Shown piece by piece: positions 17,472-27,053 of a DNA stretch of 42,843 nt. Positions within the stretch are counted from its first letter, which is position 1; every line of letters starts with the position of its first letter. The notes beneath the pieces are model-generated. The model did no database searches. It saw only the letters and a list, made by a program, of their open reading frames with translations, and was not told where the DNA came from. The translations under genes and the position numbers were made by a program. The DNA comes from a virus (Duplodnaviria; Caudoviricetes): IMG/VR virus record IMGVR_UViG_3300016722_000134, positions 1 through 42,843 of that record; one strand, given 5' to 3'.

Positions 17472-18428
17472 TTACTGTACTTTTAGGCCGCGCATGATAC
17501 CGGCAGCCTTTGTTGCCTTCAGCGCCACCGCAGCCACCATTTCAACTTCACCGGTCTTTACAGCGCCGGGGATGGTGAAGTCAGGCATGTAGCTTTCGAC
17601 CGGTGCCCGACCGGCCATGCTCACGCCATGGAATCCATCCATACCGAGCCGCACTGCGTAAAGCGGACTAACTCCGGTTGTTGCATTGATTCCGACAATA
17701 GGATTGTTACTGCCCGGTTTAGCACCGAGATCAATAAGCGGAATGTCATCGTATGTGGTGATATTCTGACCGAACCGGTCTTTTGTTTCCGTAAAGCTTG
17801 CGGACCGGCGGGCAGCCGCGCGGAACTTTGCCCACAGCTTGGTGTTCATGAGGAGCGCGGACGGCCTGCCATCAAGCAAAGCAAGGAAATTGTCCAGCTC
17901 ATCCAGGAACACCTTGTAATTGCTATCGATTGCCGCGGAACTGGATAGGTCAATGGCTGCACCCGGTGTGAATTCTGTGGTGCTGCCGGTCACAGCTTTT
18001 TCAAGCCCGTCGAACGCGTTGGCGTCCACACCGCTGTCGCCGTTGATCACGGTATCGCTGAAGAGCGTCTGAGCCGCCTTGATCTTCTGCTGTGTCTGAA
18101 GCGTGACCTCGGAAATGATACCACCCATGCCTGCGATAATACGGTCAATCTGGTATGCACCGCCAAAAACCTTCAGGTCACAGGTATAACGCTGCTTTTT
18201 GACTTCCTGCGGGACATATTCGCTGTTAACCGCACGGAAAGCTGCTGTTGCCTGGGTGATCAGGCGGGTATAGCCGTAAGTCAATGTTGCACCGCCGCCT
18301 GTCGGGGAAATTGCGTCATCAAATGTTAGGTTGTCGAGTAACCATGACGATTTTTGAAACTCGTCGATAACGCCGAGCTGCAGGTCGTCCTGAACGTTAT
18401 TTTTTGCTTCTTCAAGTGTAATTGCCAT
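17472..18428 (-). CDS. Major capsid protein
   Basis: 318 aa after the scaffold gene; INGD....FDGL motif. Confidence 0.9.
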   Translation of the reverse strand: MAITLEEAKNNVQDDLQLGVIDEFQKSSWLLDNLTFDDAISPTGGGATLTYGYTRLITQATAAFRAVNSEYVPQEVKKQRYTCDLKVFGGAYQIDRIIAGMGGIISEVTLQTQQKIKAAQTLFSDTVINGDSGVDANAFDGLEKAVTGSTTEFTPGAAIDLSSSAAIDSNYKVFLDELDNFLALLDGRPSALLMNTKLWAKFRAAARRSASFTETKDRFGQNITTYDDIPLIDLGAKPGSNNPIVGINATTGVSPLYAVRLGMDGFHGVSMAGRAPVESYMPDFTIPGAVKTGEVEMVAAVALKATKAAGIMRGLKVQ

Positions 18429-18443
18429 AAAATTTTCCTCCTG

Positions 18444-19109
18444 TTATTTTTTGTAGTATGCGGTAACAGCATCCTTCAGACCGACTTTCTTGTCAGTTCC
18501 GGATTTGTCGCCGTCTGCCCCAACTTTAAAGCCAGAGCCTTTTTTCTGTTCCTCTGTGGGTTTAAGCTCGGGAATATCCTTGAGCACCTGCTCAATTGCT
18601 TTTTTGAGCGCCTCACCGTCGACGCCGAGTTCATCATCGACATCAATCTTACTCAGATCGGCCATGCGTACCGCATACGCCACACGGTCAGATTTGACCC
18701 CAAGGGACAGAGCAACCGCTTTTGCTTCCGACTGCACCAACTTTTGATTGGCGGCCGCAATCTTAGCAGCACTGCCGTCATCGGCAGATTTGTCATCCTT
18801 GCCCTGATCCTTTTTGTCGTCTTCTGCTTTTTTAGCTTCCGGATGCTCACGCTCCCACTTTTTCATAGCTCTGGCAAGGCGCTTTTCCACAGCGTCATCC
18901 AAATCAGCCTGTGAAAATTTCTTTTCGTCGGCACCGGAATCATCGTCCTTATCACCGTCCTTGCCGTTTCCGTCCTTTTTATCAGTACCTTTGTCCGTAC
19001 CATCGTCACCGGAGCCGTCACCTGCTCCTGCACCGCCATCAGCAAAACGCAGCTGATAATAGGGAACTCCAAAAATCCGATGTCTCCACTGTTTGTTACG
19101 CATAGTCAT
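18444..19109 (-). CDS. Capsid scaffolding protein
   Basis: LRFADG, G/D-rich segment, FSQADLD..V.KRLAR. Confidence 0.85.
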   Translation of the reverse strand: MTMRNKQWRHRIFGVPYYQLRFADGGAGAGDGSGDDGTDKGTDKKDGNGKDGDKDDDSGADEKKFSQADLDDAVEKRLARAMKKWEREHPEAKKAEDDKKDQGKDDKSADDGSAAKIAAANQKLVQSEAKAVALSLGVKSDRVAYAVRMADLSKIDVDDELGVDGEALKKAIEQVLKDIPELKPTEEQKKGSGFKVGADGDKSGTDKKVGLKDAVTAYYKK

Positions 19110-19112
19110 TAC

Positions 19113-19251
19113 CTCCGTTTAAAGTCCGTCGACCATAATTCCGTTTACAGCCCGTCGGCCCCGTGCAGTTTAGCGCCACCGGCACGTTTATGGGCAAAAA
19201 TATAAAGCCTATTACGCCAGGCTTCACGGCGAGATATGCGGATCACCTCCT
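19113..19251 (-). promoter_or_regulatory. Structured leader of the scaffold-capsid operon
   Basis: Repeated mini-hairpin + TAAAC units and a perfect AGGAGGTGATCC within a stem. Confidence 0.5.
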
Positions 19252-19265
19252 AAAAATGGGTATAA

Positions 19266-19297
19266 AAATACCACCTACAATCAAGCAGGTGGTATTT
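19266..19297 (-). terminator. Terminator after the toxin-immunity pair
   Basis: aaataccacct-loop-aggtggtattt with a T-tract on the minus strand. Confidence 0.7.
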
Positions 19298-19493
19298 ATT
19301 CGATTGTGATAGATTGGATTTCCGGAAGCATGATCTCCGTGAGGCCTCTGTTCTCAATCACAATGCTTGCAATTTCCGGATCGTTATCCAGAGCCTGGGT
19401 CACGATGCTGCAGAACCCGCTGAACACTTTACCATCAGTGCAGGCCACGCGGATATATTTGCCCTCGAATTGATATAATTCATCTTCCGTCAT
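19296..19493 (-). CDS. Probable immunity protein for the capsid-borne toxin
   Basis: 65 aa, acidic; ATGA overlap with the toxin gene. Confidence 0.6.
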   Translation of the reverse strand: MTEDELYQFEGKYIRVACTDGKVFSGFCSIVTQALDNDPEIASIVIENRGLTEIMLPEIQSITIE

Positions 19494-21073
19494 TTGGGAG
19501 TCACCTTCCTTGTTGTTGGAACAATATGCGTTCCGCTTTGGCTATAATGGATAATTACTTTTGACGTGGATGTTTCGACACCGTTGGAAGAAACCGCAAC
19601 GCCAATCGGCCTACCAACATCAACAAACTCGGTCTGTTTCCAATGTTTGTTTTTATCACGAAGCAGCTCACCGGTCCCGGCATACTGATTAACCAGCTGC
19701 TGGGCTTCATCTTCCGAGACAGTAAGATAGCTGCGTCCGGGCGTGTAATTATTATGCCCTAAAATATGCTTTCCTTGTTTTCCAGAATCAATCGTCAGAA
19801 CTGAATCATTGCGAATATCCGCTTTCAGTATAGCATTTTCACGGGAATTTTCAATAGGTACATTATACGTTTTTTCTCGCCAGTAGTCCCGCCGAAGAAC
19901 ATCGTCGTGCTCTGCGATAAAATCCCGTAGTTCTTTTTGTGCGGCGGCGGCTTTGCGCTTGTACTCTTTAACAAGTGTAGGTTGCTGAAAGCCTTCGGCC
20001 ATGCGCTTGTATTCCCGGATTTTCTTCTCCATGGCGCGCTGCTGCTGTTCAAGAGCGGAATTCTCGTGGATTTTGGCGGTGTCCATTGGATTCGGCAGCT
20101 TGCTGATACCTTCGTACCATGTTGATATCGTGTGCCGGCAGTTCGGATGAAATAGGCCAGCCTTTACCGCGACCGATAGCAGCGGATACCAGTTACCGTT
20201 AACACTGAAGCCGCGGCCGCTTTTAATTTCTCCCTTGAAATCTCCCCAAACGTCGTCTATGTATACACGGCCTTGCCAAGGCAGGCAGGTATTCGAGCAG
20301 GCACCATACTGACTGACCAGTACCGTATCGATTCCGAGCTCTGCCCGGCGCTTTGCTTCCCCCTGCAGATAAGAACGAGTGGCAGCAGCGCGGAGTGCCA
20401 TCTGAACGTAATCGGCAATATTAACGCGACGGATTGTTTCTCCTTTTTTAGATTTGTACTCGATGCAGTTTATGCCGGCTCTAAGGAAATCTTTGACCGC
20501 CATATCAATGGCCTGTGGAAGGGTAGTAGCACCGGCAGACATAGCAGCAGACGCCTTTAAAATGGTTTGGCGGTAAACATCGTCCATCATGCGCAACGCG
20601 GCGCTCTGGGCGTCCTGTTCGCCCTTCTGGATATCATCAATGAGCTTTTCTAATCGAGGTTCATTCACATCGAAGAAATTATCTTCCGTAGGCTTCGCCG
20701 GTTCCGGCTTGGGGCGATTCCACGCTTGTTGACTAACTTGATCGCCGCGCTGTTTCCACGCATCCGGAGAACGCCCAGACCAAACACGGGCAGCTTCATC
20801 TTCACGGCTGACATTATCTTTCCCCTCGGCAAACTGCTCTGTCATCAGGCCACGCGTTTCCAAATCAATTACATCAGTATATTCCGCCATGATAGCCTTA
20901 TTTTCCTGCCTGAAGCGTTCAATATGCTTCAGCTTTTCCACTTGCCATGCCGGCCAGTCAAAGCCTTCCTCTTTTTCCCACTTCTTATGCCCGGCCAAAT
21001 TGCGCTTGAGGGATGATATCAACTTCAGTTCAATGAAAACAAATAAATCGGATATATCCTTAAATGAGAACAT
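19490..21073 (-). CDS. Phage minor capsid (MuF-like) protein with C-terminal polymorphic toxin (Ntox50-like)
   Basis: C..WQGRVY and GLFHPNCRH core; C-terminal GKQGKHI.GHNNY...IHYS..GTHIVP. Confidence 0.85.
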   Translation of the reverse strand: MFSFKDISDLFVFIELKLISSLKRNLAGHKKWEKEEGFDWPAWQVEKLKHIERFRQENKAIMAEYTDVIDLETRGLMTEQFAEGKDNVSREDEAARVWSGRSPDAWKQRGDQVSQQAWNRPKPEPAKPTEDNFFDVNEPRLEKLIDDIQKGEQDAQSAALRMMDDVYRQTILKASAAMSAGATTLPQAIDMAVKDFLRAGINCIEYKSKKGETIRRVNIADYVQMALRAAATRSYLQGEAKRRAELGIDTVLVSQYGACSNTCLPWQGRVYIDDVWGDFKGEIKSGRGFSVNGNWYPLLSVAVKAGLFHPNCRHTISTWYEGISKLPNPMDTAKIHENSALEQQQRAMEKKIREYKRMAEGFQQPTLVKEYKRKAAAAQKELRDFIAEHDDVLRRDYWREKTYNVPIENSRENAILKADIRNDSVLTIDSGKQGKHILGHNNYTPGRSYLTVSEDEAQQLVNQYAGTGELLRDKNKHWKQTEFVDVGRPIGVAVSSNGVETSTSKVIIHYSQSGTHIVPTTRKVTPK

Positions 21074-22605
21074 TAAGCCTCACCGCCTGCACCCAATGCG
21101 CTGCCAACGCTCGGCTCCTGAACAGGTAAAATGCCCATCTCATTTTTAATTCGGGCAACCTCTTCGGCTTTCCACTCTTTTTTCCGGGTATCGCCCCACA
21201 TTTCCTCCACACCGGCTTCAATTGACATGGTGTTGTTTTGGCGGGCCTTGCCGATGGTTTCCACAACAGCTTCAAAGGACGGATTAGCATATTCGCCCCA
21301 TGTAATCGTACATTCATAATCTTTTGGAACACGCTCATTATTCAGATCATCGGCCTTCAGCACAACATCAACCAACTTAGGCAGCACCTTTTCCAGCACG
21401 TCAATGCGCTGGGAACGGGTGTACATGGTGGTCTTTTCCTTTTCGCGCTGACTTTCAGCATTGTCCAACTTTTTGACGTCGATGCCGAGCGTGGACGGTG
21501 AAAGAACACCCTGCAGGCATAAATCCAAGTCTGTACTGTATTTCTGTTGAAAAGAATCGCTGTTGATGGTAGGCTGAACCACTTCAATTTTAGATGCAGC
21601 ACCCTCATGAGCATCCGTACCGGTAGCAATATATTGATTGTCGAATGGATTTGGCGGCATGGTCTTCCCTGTATTTGGATCCCGCGGTACCAGGTCTTCA
21701 GGGATGTATTTTGTAATCCGGCCGGCGCGGAAGGCATCAGTCCACTGGCTCACGTCCTCATCAAAAGCGTCATAAGAATCGCATTTCCCATCAAACAGGC
21801 TTTTCCCGCGCCCAGGAAAGCGTGGGCTCTCCGCGAACATCAGCGGTACCGCCAGCATGAAGTCACCTTCCCATTCCGTGGGCTTCAGATCATCCAGCTC
21901 TGGGAACATATCCATGTTGGCCGGCTTCCCGGATTTGTCATACAGGTTGTACTTGACATATCCCATGCCGTAAACCTCTTCCAACCGGTAATTCCAACCA
22001 TTCAGCAGCTGATCGGAATAGAACTTAATTTCAGTAGTTCGGCCGCGCTTGCGGGTATAGTCCACACGCTCGCCGCTATAAAACTCAATGATCGGCAATC
22101 CGGATACATCAGGATCCAAAGAAACCTTGAAAGCGCCATCCCCGGTCACGTCCGTTTCAGTGCATGCCTTTTGAACAAGCTTCTTCCAATTATTTTCTTC
22201 GGTAATTGTTTTCCATCGGTCACCAGTATCATCCTGAACCGCTGCTCCATCCGTTTTTTCATCCTCATGGCCAAACTGCACCGGCTCCATATCGTCAGCT
22301 ACAATGCCGGAAATCTTATCAACACACATTTGCGGAAGGCCGGTATGTATCTTGCGAATCTGCAAACCATCTGAAGGAACTGCAGCCCAGAAACGCGCAG
22401 CATTGACTGTATCCCTTGAACCAGCGGAGGATGATTTATAAAACTGCGACAGCTCTGATGGCTCTCCACGGTACCATATGCGATTCTTCATCACATTACC
22501 CGTGAAGGTGTATGGCTCATATATGGTAATGGTGTGGTCCGTTGCTGGCTGGATCCGCAGCCAGTTAACAATCGTTGTTTTGATTTTCTCCCCGATTTTA
22601 CTCAT
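21073..22605 (-). CDS. Portal protein
   Basis: 510 aa after the terminase; N.IWYRG, GDGAFK, SPSTLGID motifs. Confidence 0.9.
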   Translation of the reverse strand: MSKIGEKIKTTIVNWLRIQPATDHTITIYEPYTFTGNVMKNRIWYRGEPSELSQFYKSSSAGSRDTVNAARFWAAVPSDGLQIRKIHTGLPQMCVDKISGIVADDMEPVQFGHEDEKTDGAAVQDDTGDRWKTITEENNWKKLVQKACTETDVTGDGAFKVSLDPDVSGLPIIEFYSGERVDYTRKRGRTTEIKFYSDQLLNGWNYRLEEVYGMGYVKYNLYDKSGKPANMDMFPELDDLKPTEWEGDFMLAVPLMFAESPRFPGRGKSLFDGKCDSYDAFDEDVSQWTDAFRAGRITKYIPEDLVPRDPNTGKTMPPNPFDNQYIATGTDAHEGAASKIEVVQPTINSDSFQQKYSTDLDLCLQGVLSPSTLGIDVKKLDNAESQREKEKTTMYTRSQRIDVLEKVLPKLVDVVLKADDLNNERVPKDYECTITWGEYANPSFEAVVETIGKARQNNTMSIEAGVEEMWGDTRKKEWKAEEVARIKNEMGILPVQEPSVGSALGAGGEA

Positions 22606-23954
22606 TTTACTATCACGCTCCCGATCTTGTCTTTATAAGGCAGCCACGAATACTGATCTGCATTAATTGTGTGGTCGTTGCTGTCCTCCGGCTCGTTGTC
22701 CTTGTCCTCATTCCAGCTATAGGAATCCAGTTCATCAATCTCAGGCTGACAGTATTCTTGCACCAGAAGGAAATCTCCGTGCGCCATCCAACCCGCCTGC
22801 AGGTTGATACGGTCGATAATCTGCGTCTTTTTCCACGCAGGTACAAAGTCATACACGCTGCCGTTCTGCCGCTTGTATTTCTGACATTCAATGATGGTTG
22901 CCTGGTCAGCGCTATCAATGTACACCGTGCGGGCAAACAATCCCCACAAGGTTCGATGCTTCTCCAGGAAGGTAACCAGCAGAGGCGGAATATCAGACGG
23001 CGCAAGCGGCGTTGCACGGCCTTGATTGCTGTACACCTCAGCTGCAAATGTAATCTTGCGGCGGTCGGTGGTGATGCCACTGAAGGTGAATGCGAACGTG
23101 TCGGCCGACTTTTGGGAATACGATGTATCCACGCCCGCCGACATCTGCATAAACTTAACTTTGCCGTCCTTCATATCCTGCAGCAGGTCAGCAGCCTTGA
23201 TGAGATTTTTTTTCTCATCCAAGTTAAACACAAGGCCGGTCGAGCGCCCGCGCAGGCCCTTGATCTTATTTTTCCATAGCTTGGTGCCCGGGGCAGTACC
23301 TGTAAGAAGCTGTTCCCTTTTCTCCGGTGTAAGCGAAGAATTGTCATCAAAGGTAAAGTACCAATGTACCCAGCCGGGCACCGGTGCACCATCAAGCTGC
23401 TTGAGCAGCTCCGGCGGTGTCTGCTTCTCCCACTTCGGAAGCGGCCGGCAACGATTAATATATTCCTTGTAGATAGCAAGCTTAGGATCGTCCGGGTTCA
23501 GTGTCATCATCATATAATCATAACGGATGGCCACCTCACGCACGAAATCCATATCGGCAATGTTTGCTTCATCAATGTACACACAGCCGTATTGACCACC
23601 CAGGGCCTTTTTCCAGCGTGCTTTGTTGTCATAGCCAAGTACATAAATAATCTTATCCCCACCGGGCGCTTTGTAACGCAAATGCGGCATGGTGATACCG
23701 CAGCCGCCGCTTGGGTAGTAAATAAGCAGGCTGCCGAATACATCCAGCAGCCCGAAATCTTTTGTTATAACATTTTTCTCCAACGTGCCCAGGTCGTTTC
23801 CGGCCATAATATGAGCGCGCTGGTGGGATTCAGCCACGCGGAACAGGAACTTAACCACTCCAACAGTGGTCTTGCCAGCATAGGTGGTGCCCTCCAGAAC
23901 CTCCACCTTTGCCTGACATTTCATGAAGGCCAAGTACTTTGGTGAAAGTATCAT
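22602..23954 (-). CDS. terL: Terminase large subunit
   Basis: Walker A GTTYAGKT, Walker B YIDE, TLNP, nuclease GVD...DH.INA. Confidence 0.93.
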   Translation of the reverse strand: MILSPKYLAFMKCQAKVEVLEGTTYAGKTTVGVVKFLFRVAESHQRAHIMAGNDLGTLEKNVITKDFGLLDVFGSLLIYYPSGGCGITMPHLRYKAPGGDKIIYVLGYDNKARWKKALGGQYGCVYIDEANIADMDFVREVAIRYDYMMMTLNPDDPKLAIYKEYINRCRPLPKWEKQTPPELLKQLDGAPVPGWVHWYFTFDDNSSLTPEKREQLLTGTAPGTKLWKNKIKGLRGRSTGLVFNLDEKKNLIKAADLLQDMKDGKVKFMQMSAGVDTSYSQKSADTFAFTFSGITTDRRKITFAAEVYSNQGRATPLAPSDIPPLLVTFLEKHRTLWGLFARTVYIDSADQATIIECQKYKRQNGSVYDFVPAWKKTQIIDRINLQAGWMAHGDFLLVQEYCQPEIDELDSYSWNEDKDNEPEDSNDHTINADQYSWLPYKDKIGSVIVK

Positions 23955-24505
23955 CCAGAATCACTGGAACCCTGCTCCTGCTCCGTACCGTCATCACCGT
24001 GAAGCTGCTGAAGGATGGAGGCGAGCTCACGACTGCCAGTATCGATCGTGCCGGAGTGCTCTACCTTCTCGGTGAACATACCAAGATGACGCCCGAGCAG
24101 CTCCAGGGCCTTCAACTTATCGGCCAACTTAATTTCACGCTCCACGCCCTGGCCGTCGGCCGTGGGAATCGTCTTAACCTTCACGGAGGCAACCGCCGCA
24201 GTATCGTCTTCAGTGGCGTCATCTTTCAGGGTGGCGCTGTCCATGTTTATAACATCAGAGGGATTGACGAAGGCGACCCGGGCAAGCTCACGGACGACCC
24301 GATCGGCATTCACACCAGTGCGCTTTGAGCGAGCCGCCAGAGCTGTGTCTATACGCGCACGAATCTGAGGTTTCTTCATGTTCTCACTGCCAATGGCATA
24401 AGCACTCTCCGAACTGTACCCGGCGCGTATGGCCGCCTGTGTGGCGTTCAGATCGATCAGGTACTCTTCGCAGAATCGTTTCTGTTTGTTAGTCATGACG
24501 ACCAC
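23951..24505 (-). CDS. terS: Terminase small subunit
   Basis: KQKRFCEEYLIDLNATQAAIRAGYS; DKLKALELLGRHLGMF. Confidence 0.95.
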   Translation of the reverse strand: MVVMTNKQKRFCEEYLIDLNATQAAIRAGYSSESAYAIGSENMKKPQIRARIDTALAARSKRTGVNADRVVRELARVAFVNPSDVINMDSATLKDDATEDDTAAVASVKVKTIPTADGQGVEREIKLADKLKALELLGRHLGMFTEKVEHSGTIDTGSRELASILQQLHGDDGTEQEQGSSDSG

Positions 24506-24528
24506 CTCCCGAAAATTGGCAAAAGAAG

Positions 24529-24558
24529 AGCGCCTGTCGTAATGACGGGCGCTAAAAA
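24529..24558. terminator. Terminator closing the moron upstream of terS
   Basis: agcgcctgtc-loop-gacgggcgct stem. Confidence 0.6.
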
Positions 24559-24559
24559 G

Positions 24560-24784
24560 CTATTGTTTGCACATTGCCTTTATACAATTTTTATTGATTG
24601 CTGCAATTTTATTGGCGTATGATAAACTGTGCTCGTTGAATTTGATAGCCATAAAATTATTATTGTGTTTACAAAAGACTGCCAATTCATAACCAATGGA
24701 TTCAGATGTTATCTCTTGATCATTAAGTATTTCTCCCAGGCCAGCTCTCCCATTTGTAAATTCAAATTCGTATAAATTACTCAT
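24560..24784 (-). CDS. AT-rich hypothetical moron gene (74 aa)
   Basis: Own promoter, RBS AGAGGAG and downstream hairpin. Confidence 0.65.
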   Translation of the reverse strand: MSNLYEFEFTNGRAGLGEILNDQEITSESIGYELAVFCKHNNNFMAIKFNEHSLSYANKIAAINKNCIKAMCKQ

Positions 24785-24808
24785 CTATATTCTCCTCTTT
24801 TTTCTTCC

Positions 24809-24837
24809 ATAATAATTCCAATTATTACAAAAGTCAA
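24809..24837 (-). promoter_or_regulatory. Sigma-A-type promoter of the moron
   Basis: TTGACT-17 bp-TATTAT on the minus strand. Confidence 0.6.
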
Positions 24838-24869
24838 CAAGTGAATCAAAACAGTGTAAGTAAATAAGT

Positions 24870-25604
24870 TTATTTACTGATTCTATTGATTGCAGTTTGA
24901 AAATGCTTCGTATCCATTTCAAATCCGGTGTATTTTCGGCCAGAATTGATGCACGCAACTGCCGTTGTGCCGCTGCCCATGCAACTGTCAAGAATCAACT
25001 CACCGGGATTCGTGTATGTTTTGATGAGATACCCAAACAGGGCAACCGGCTTTTGTGTGGGATGAAGCCCTTCTCGCTGGCACTTGAATTCAAGCACCTG
25101 ACGCGGATAATGTACAATGCAGGTTTCTGTATCATGCGAAAGGCTGCCATCCATGCGGTACACGGAATCACCATGCTCCGGAATACTTTTCCCGCGGCGT
25201 TTGATCGGTTTGTCCAGTACAATAATACCCTGCGGGTTGTATGTTGGTGGATGTTTGTAAAACACGCACACCTCTTCAATGCAGCGCAGCGGTTGTTTCT
25301 TCGCATTGGCGAACCCTGTCGGCTGATTTTTGTACCAATACCAACAATACTTGAACATTTTCGGATTGCTACTGATCAGTTTTGTTGTGAATGGTTGGCA
25401 GGAAGTAAGCACGATTGCGCCGTTGTCTTTAATAATGCGGCAATACTGCTGCCATAGTAAATCAAAGGGAATCAGGCTGTCCCATCTGCAACCGGTCATG
25501 CCATAAGGTAAATCGCACAGAATCATATCGATGCTTTTATCTGGGTACATACTCATGCCGGCGATACAATCCATATTGAAAATTTGGTTAATATAGTCTT
25601 TCAT
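24870..25604 (-). CDS. Orphan DNA methyltransferase (N6/N4, beta class)
   Basis: DLPYG, HPTQKP and LDSCMGSGTT motifs; start set at MKDYIN. Confidence 0.9.
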   Translation of the reverse strand: MKDYINQIFNMDCIAGMSMYPDKSIDMILCDLPYGMTGCRWDSLIPFDLLWQQYCRIIKDNGAIVLTSCQPFTTKLISSNPKMFKYCWYWYKNQPTGFANAKKQPLRCIEEVCVFYKHPPTYNPQGIIVLDKPIKRRGKSIPEHGDSVYRMDGSLSHDTETCIVHYPRQVLEFKCQREGLHPTQKPVALFGYLIKTYTNPGELILDSCMGSGTTAVACINSGRKYTGFEMDTKHFQTAINRISK

Positions 25605-25757
25605 GCTGTTCCTTTCCGTCGGAACCCACACGAACTAAGGCATAAAGAAAGACGTCCAACAAATGCTGAACGCCTCTTAACTATTTGCGAAACTCCGTAA
25701 TTATATATTAACACTATTATCCGTACGGAATCGTACAGTTTTGTTCAATTTTTTCAC

Positions 25758-26240
25758 TCATGTTGATTGTTCTGATAATTGAAACAATGCAATTGTTGCA
25801 CGATTCCAAGTTTGAGTACGGGAATAATGTACTTTGTCTGCTATATAGTCCCACGTTGGTGGCCTCCAGCCTTCGCGCTGCCATGAAACAGCCGGCCCGA
25901 TATAGGCAAGCTGAAGAATCTGCCGATCAGTGCGATCGAGCGTGTCCAATGTTGTCCGAACCCAGTCGCGTTTCTGCCGCAACTCCGCAATGGTGCGATA
26001 GCAGTGCTCAATTTCCTCTTCAAAATACTTCGCCTGGTCGGTCAATGCCATATTCGCCGTTCTATCCCCAGGCACACCTTTGCCGCCCGGCAGCCCAGAG
26101 AGGTTGACGGGCGGCAGTGTAATTTTATTTTTTTGCTCTTCGCAGTTGCGGACTGTGGCAAATTCCTCCGCAATCATCTGTGGTATATCGTTGTAAATTT
26201 TAAGTAATTCCTTAACTTCCTCGGCTGTCAAATATACCAC
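25758..26240 (-). CDS. Late transcriptional activator (ArpU/RinA-like)
   Basis: SGLPGG, coiled coil, C-terminal HTH (TWDYIADKVHYS); position before the packaging genes. Confidence 0.7.
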   Translation of the reverse strand: MVYLTAEEVKELLKIYNDIPQMIAEEFATVRNCEEQKNKITLPPVNLSGLPGGKGVPGDRTANMALTDQAKYFEEEIEHCYRTIAELRQKRDWVRTTLDTLDRTDRQILQLAYIGPAVSWQREGWRPPTWDYIADKVHYSRTQTWNRATIALFQLSEQST

Positions 26241-26265
26241 CTCAATCTAAAGTATTCGTTAAAAG

Positions 26266-26529
26266 TTATTTCTCTGGCATCAGGTAAACGCCATAGCTCC
26301 AGCTCTGGCAGTCTTGAGAATTTATGCCACTTCCAGAATAATGATTGCTATACTGAAATTCCCTCTGAATTTCGTCCAGAATTTCAATGCAGCGTATACC
26401 TGAATCATACTGGCCTATTGGCGTTCCATCTTGTTCTCCTGAAATAAAAGCATAAAATTTATTTTGATCGGCAATACATACACACGCAGCGTTAACAAGA
26501 ATTTTGCGATTTTGCGAACGAATAAGCAT
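26266..26529 (-). CDS. Hypothetical phage protein
   Basis: MLIRSQ...Y.MP pattern; coupled to the upstream ORF. Confidence 0.7.
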   Translation of the reverse strand: MLIRSQNRKILVNAACVCIADQNKFYAFISGEQDGTPIGQYDSGIRCIEILDEIQREFQYSNHYSGSGINSQDCQSWSYGVYLMPEK

Positions 26530-26735
26530 TATTCTTCCCCCACTTCAAATTCACCATTAAGCCATCCTAAACCGCTTTCGAGCGTGGGAAAGTCTTCCGT
26601 CCACGCGTTTCCGGTGCTGTTGTCAATGCCTGTGCAGACGCCGTCTGATTCAATAACGTAAAACAGGCCGTGCGGACTATATTGGGCAATGATATTGGCT
26701 GCCTCGTGCTGTGATACTTCCTGTGGTATAAACAT
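26529..26735 (-). CDS. Hypothetical phage protein
   Basis: GIDNSTGNAWTEDF motif; operon context. Confidence 0.7.
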   Translation of the reverse strand: MFIPQEVSQHEAANIIAQYSPHGLFYVIESDGVCTGIDNSTGNAWTEDFPTLESGLGWLNGEFEVGEE

Positions 26736-26738
26736 AAA

Positions 26739-27053
26739 TCACACCCCCGAAATTCTCTCTAAACTCTCAATTTCATCTTGAAACCCCATCTGCTGAAGCC
26801 TACTGTGCAGGTGTATGACACCCATTTCCCGGTCGCCATAAAATTCCTTGATGAGCTCATTTAGCCGATCTGCGAACCGGTGAATTCTCACCGGCCCCAA
26901 GTGCTCAGTATCGTTTAGGGCCACGCAGGAAAGCATGAGCGCGATCATTGCGGCATCATCCCGCTGCTGGGCAATTGTCTGAAACTTCTGCATCTGCAGG
27001 CGCTGTGCGTAGGTAAGGCCCTGCGGCTGTGGCGAGTGGTTAGTCTTTTTCAT
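26739..27053 (-). CDS. Hypothetical phage protein
   Basis: RBS GGAGG; operon context. Confidence 0.65.
   Translation of the reverse strand: MKKTNHSPQPQGLTYAQRLQMQKFQTIAQQRDDAAMIALMLSCVALNDTEHLGPVRIHRFADRLNELIKEFYGDREMGVIHLHSRLQQMGFQDEIESLERISGV

Noticed and set aside
19240-19251. 16S rRNA 3'-end fragment (GGATCACCTCCT)
   Set aside because: Only 12 nt match with no other rRNA sequence; better read as a minus-strand Shine-Dalgarno.
24870-25604. Restriction-modification system
   Set aside because: No endonuclease-sized partner; the neighbouring ORF is only 74 aa, so it is treated as an orphan methylase.
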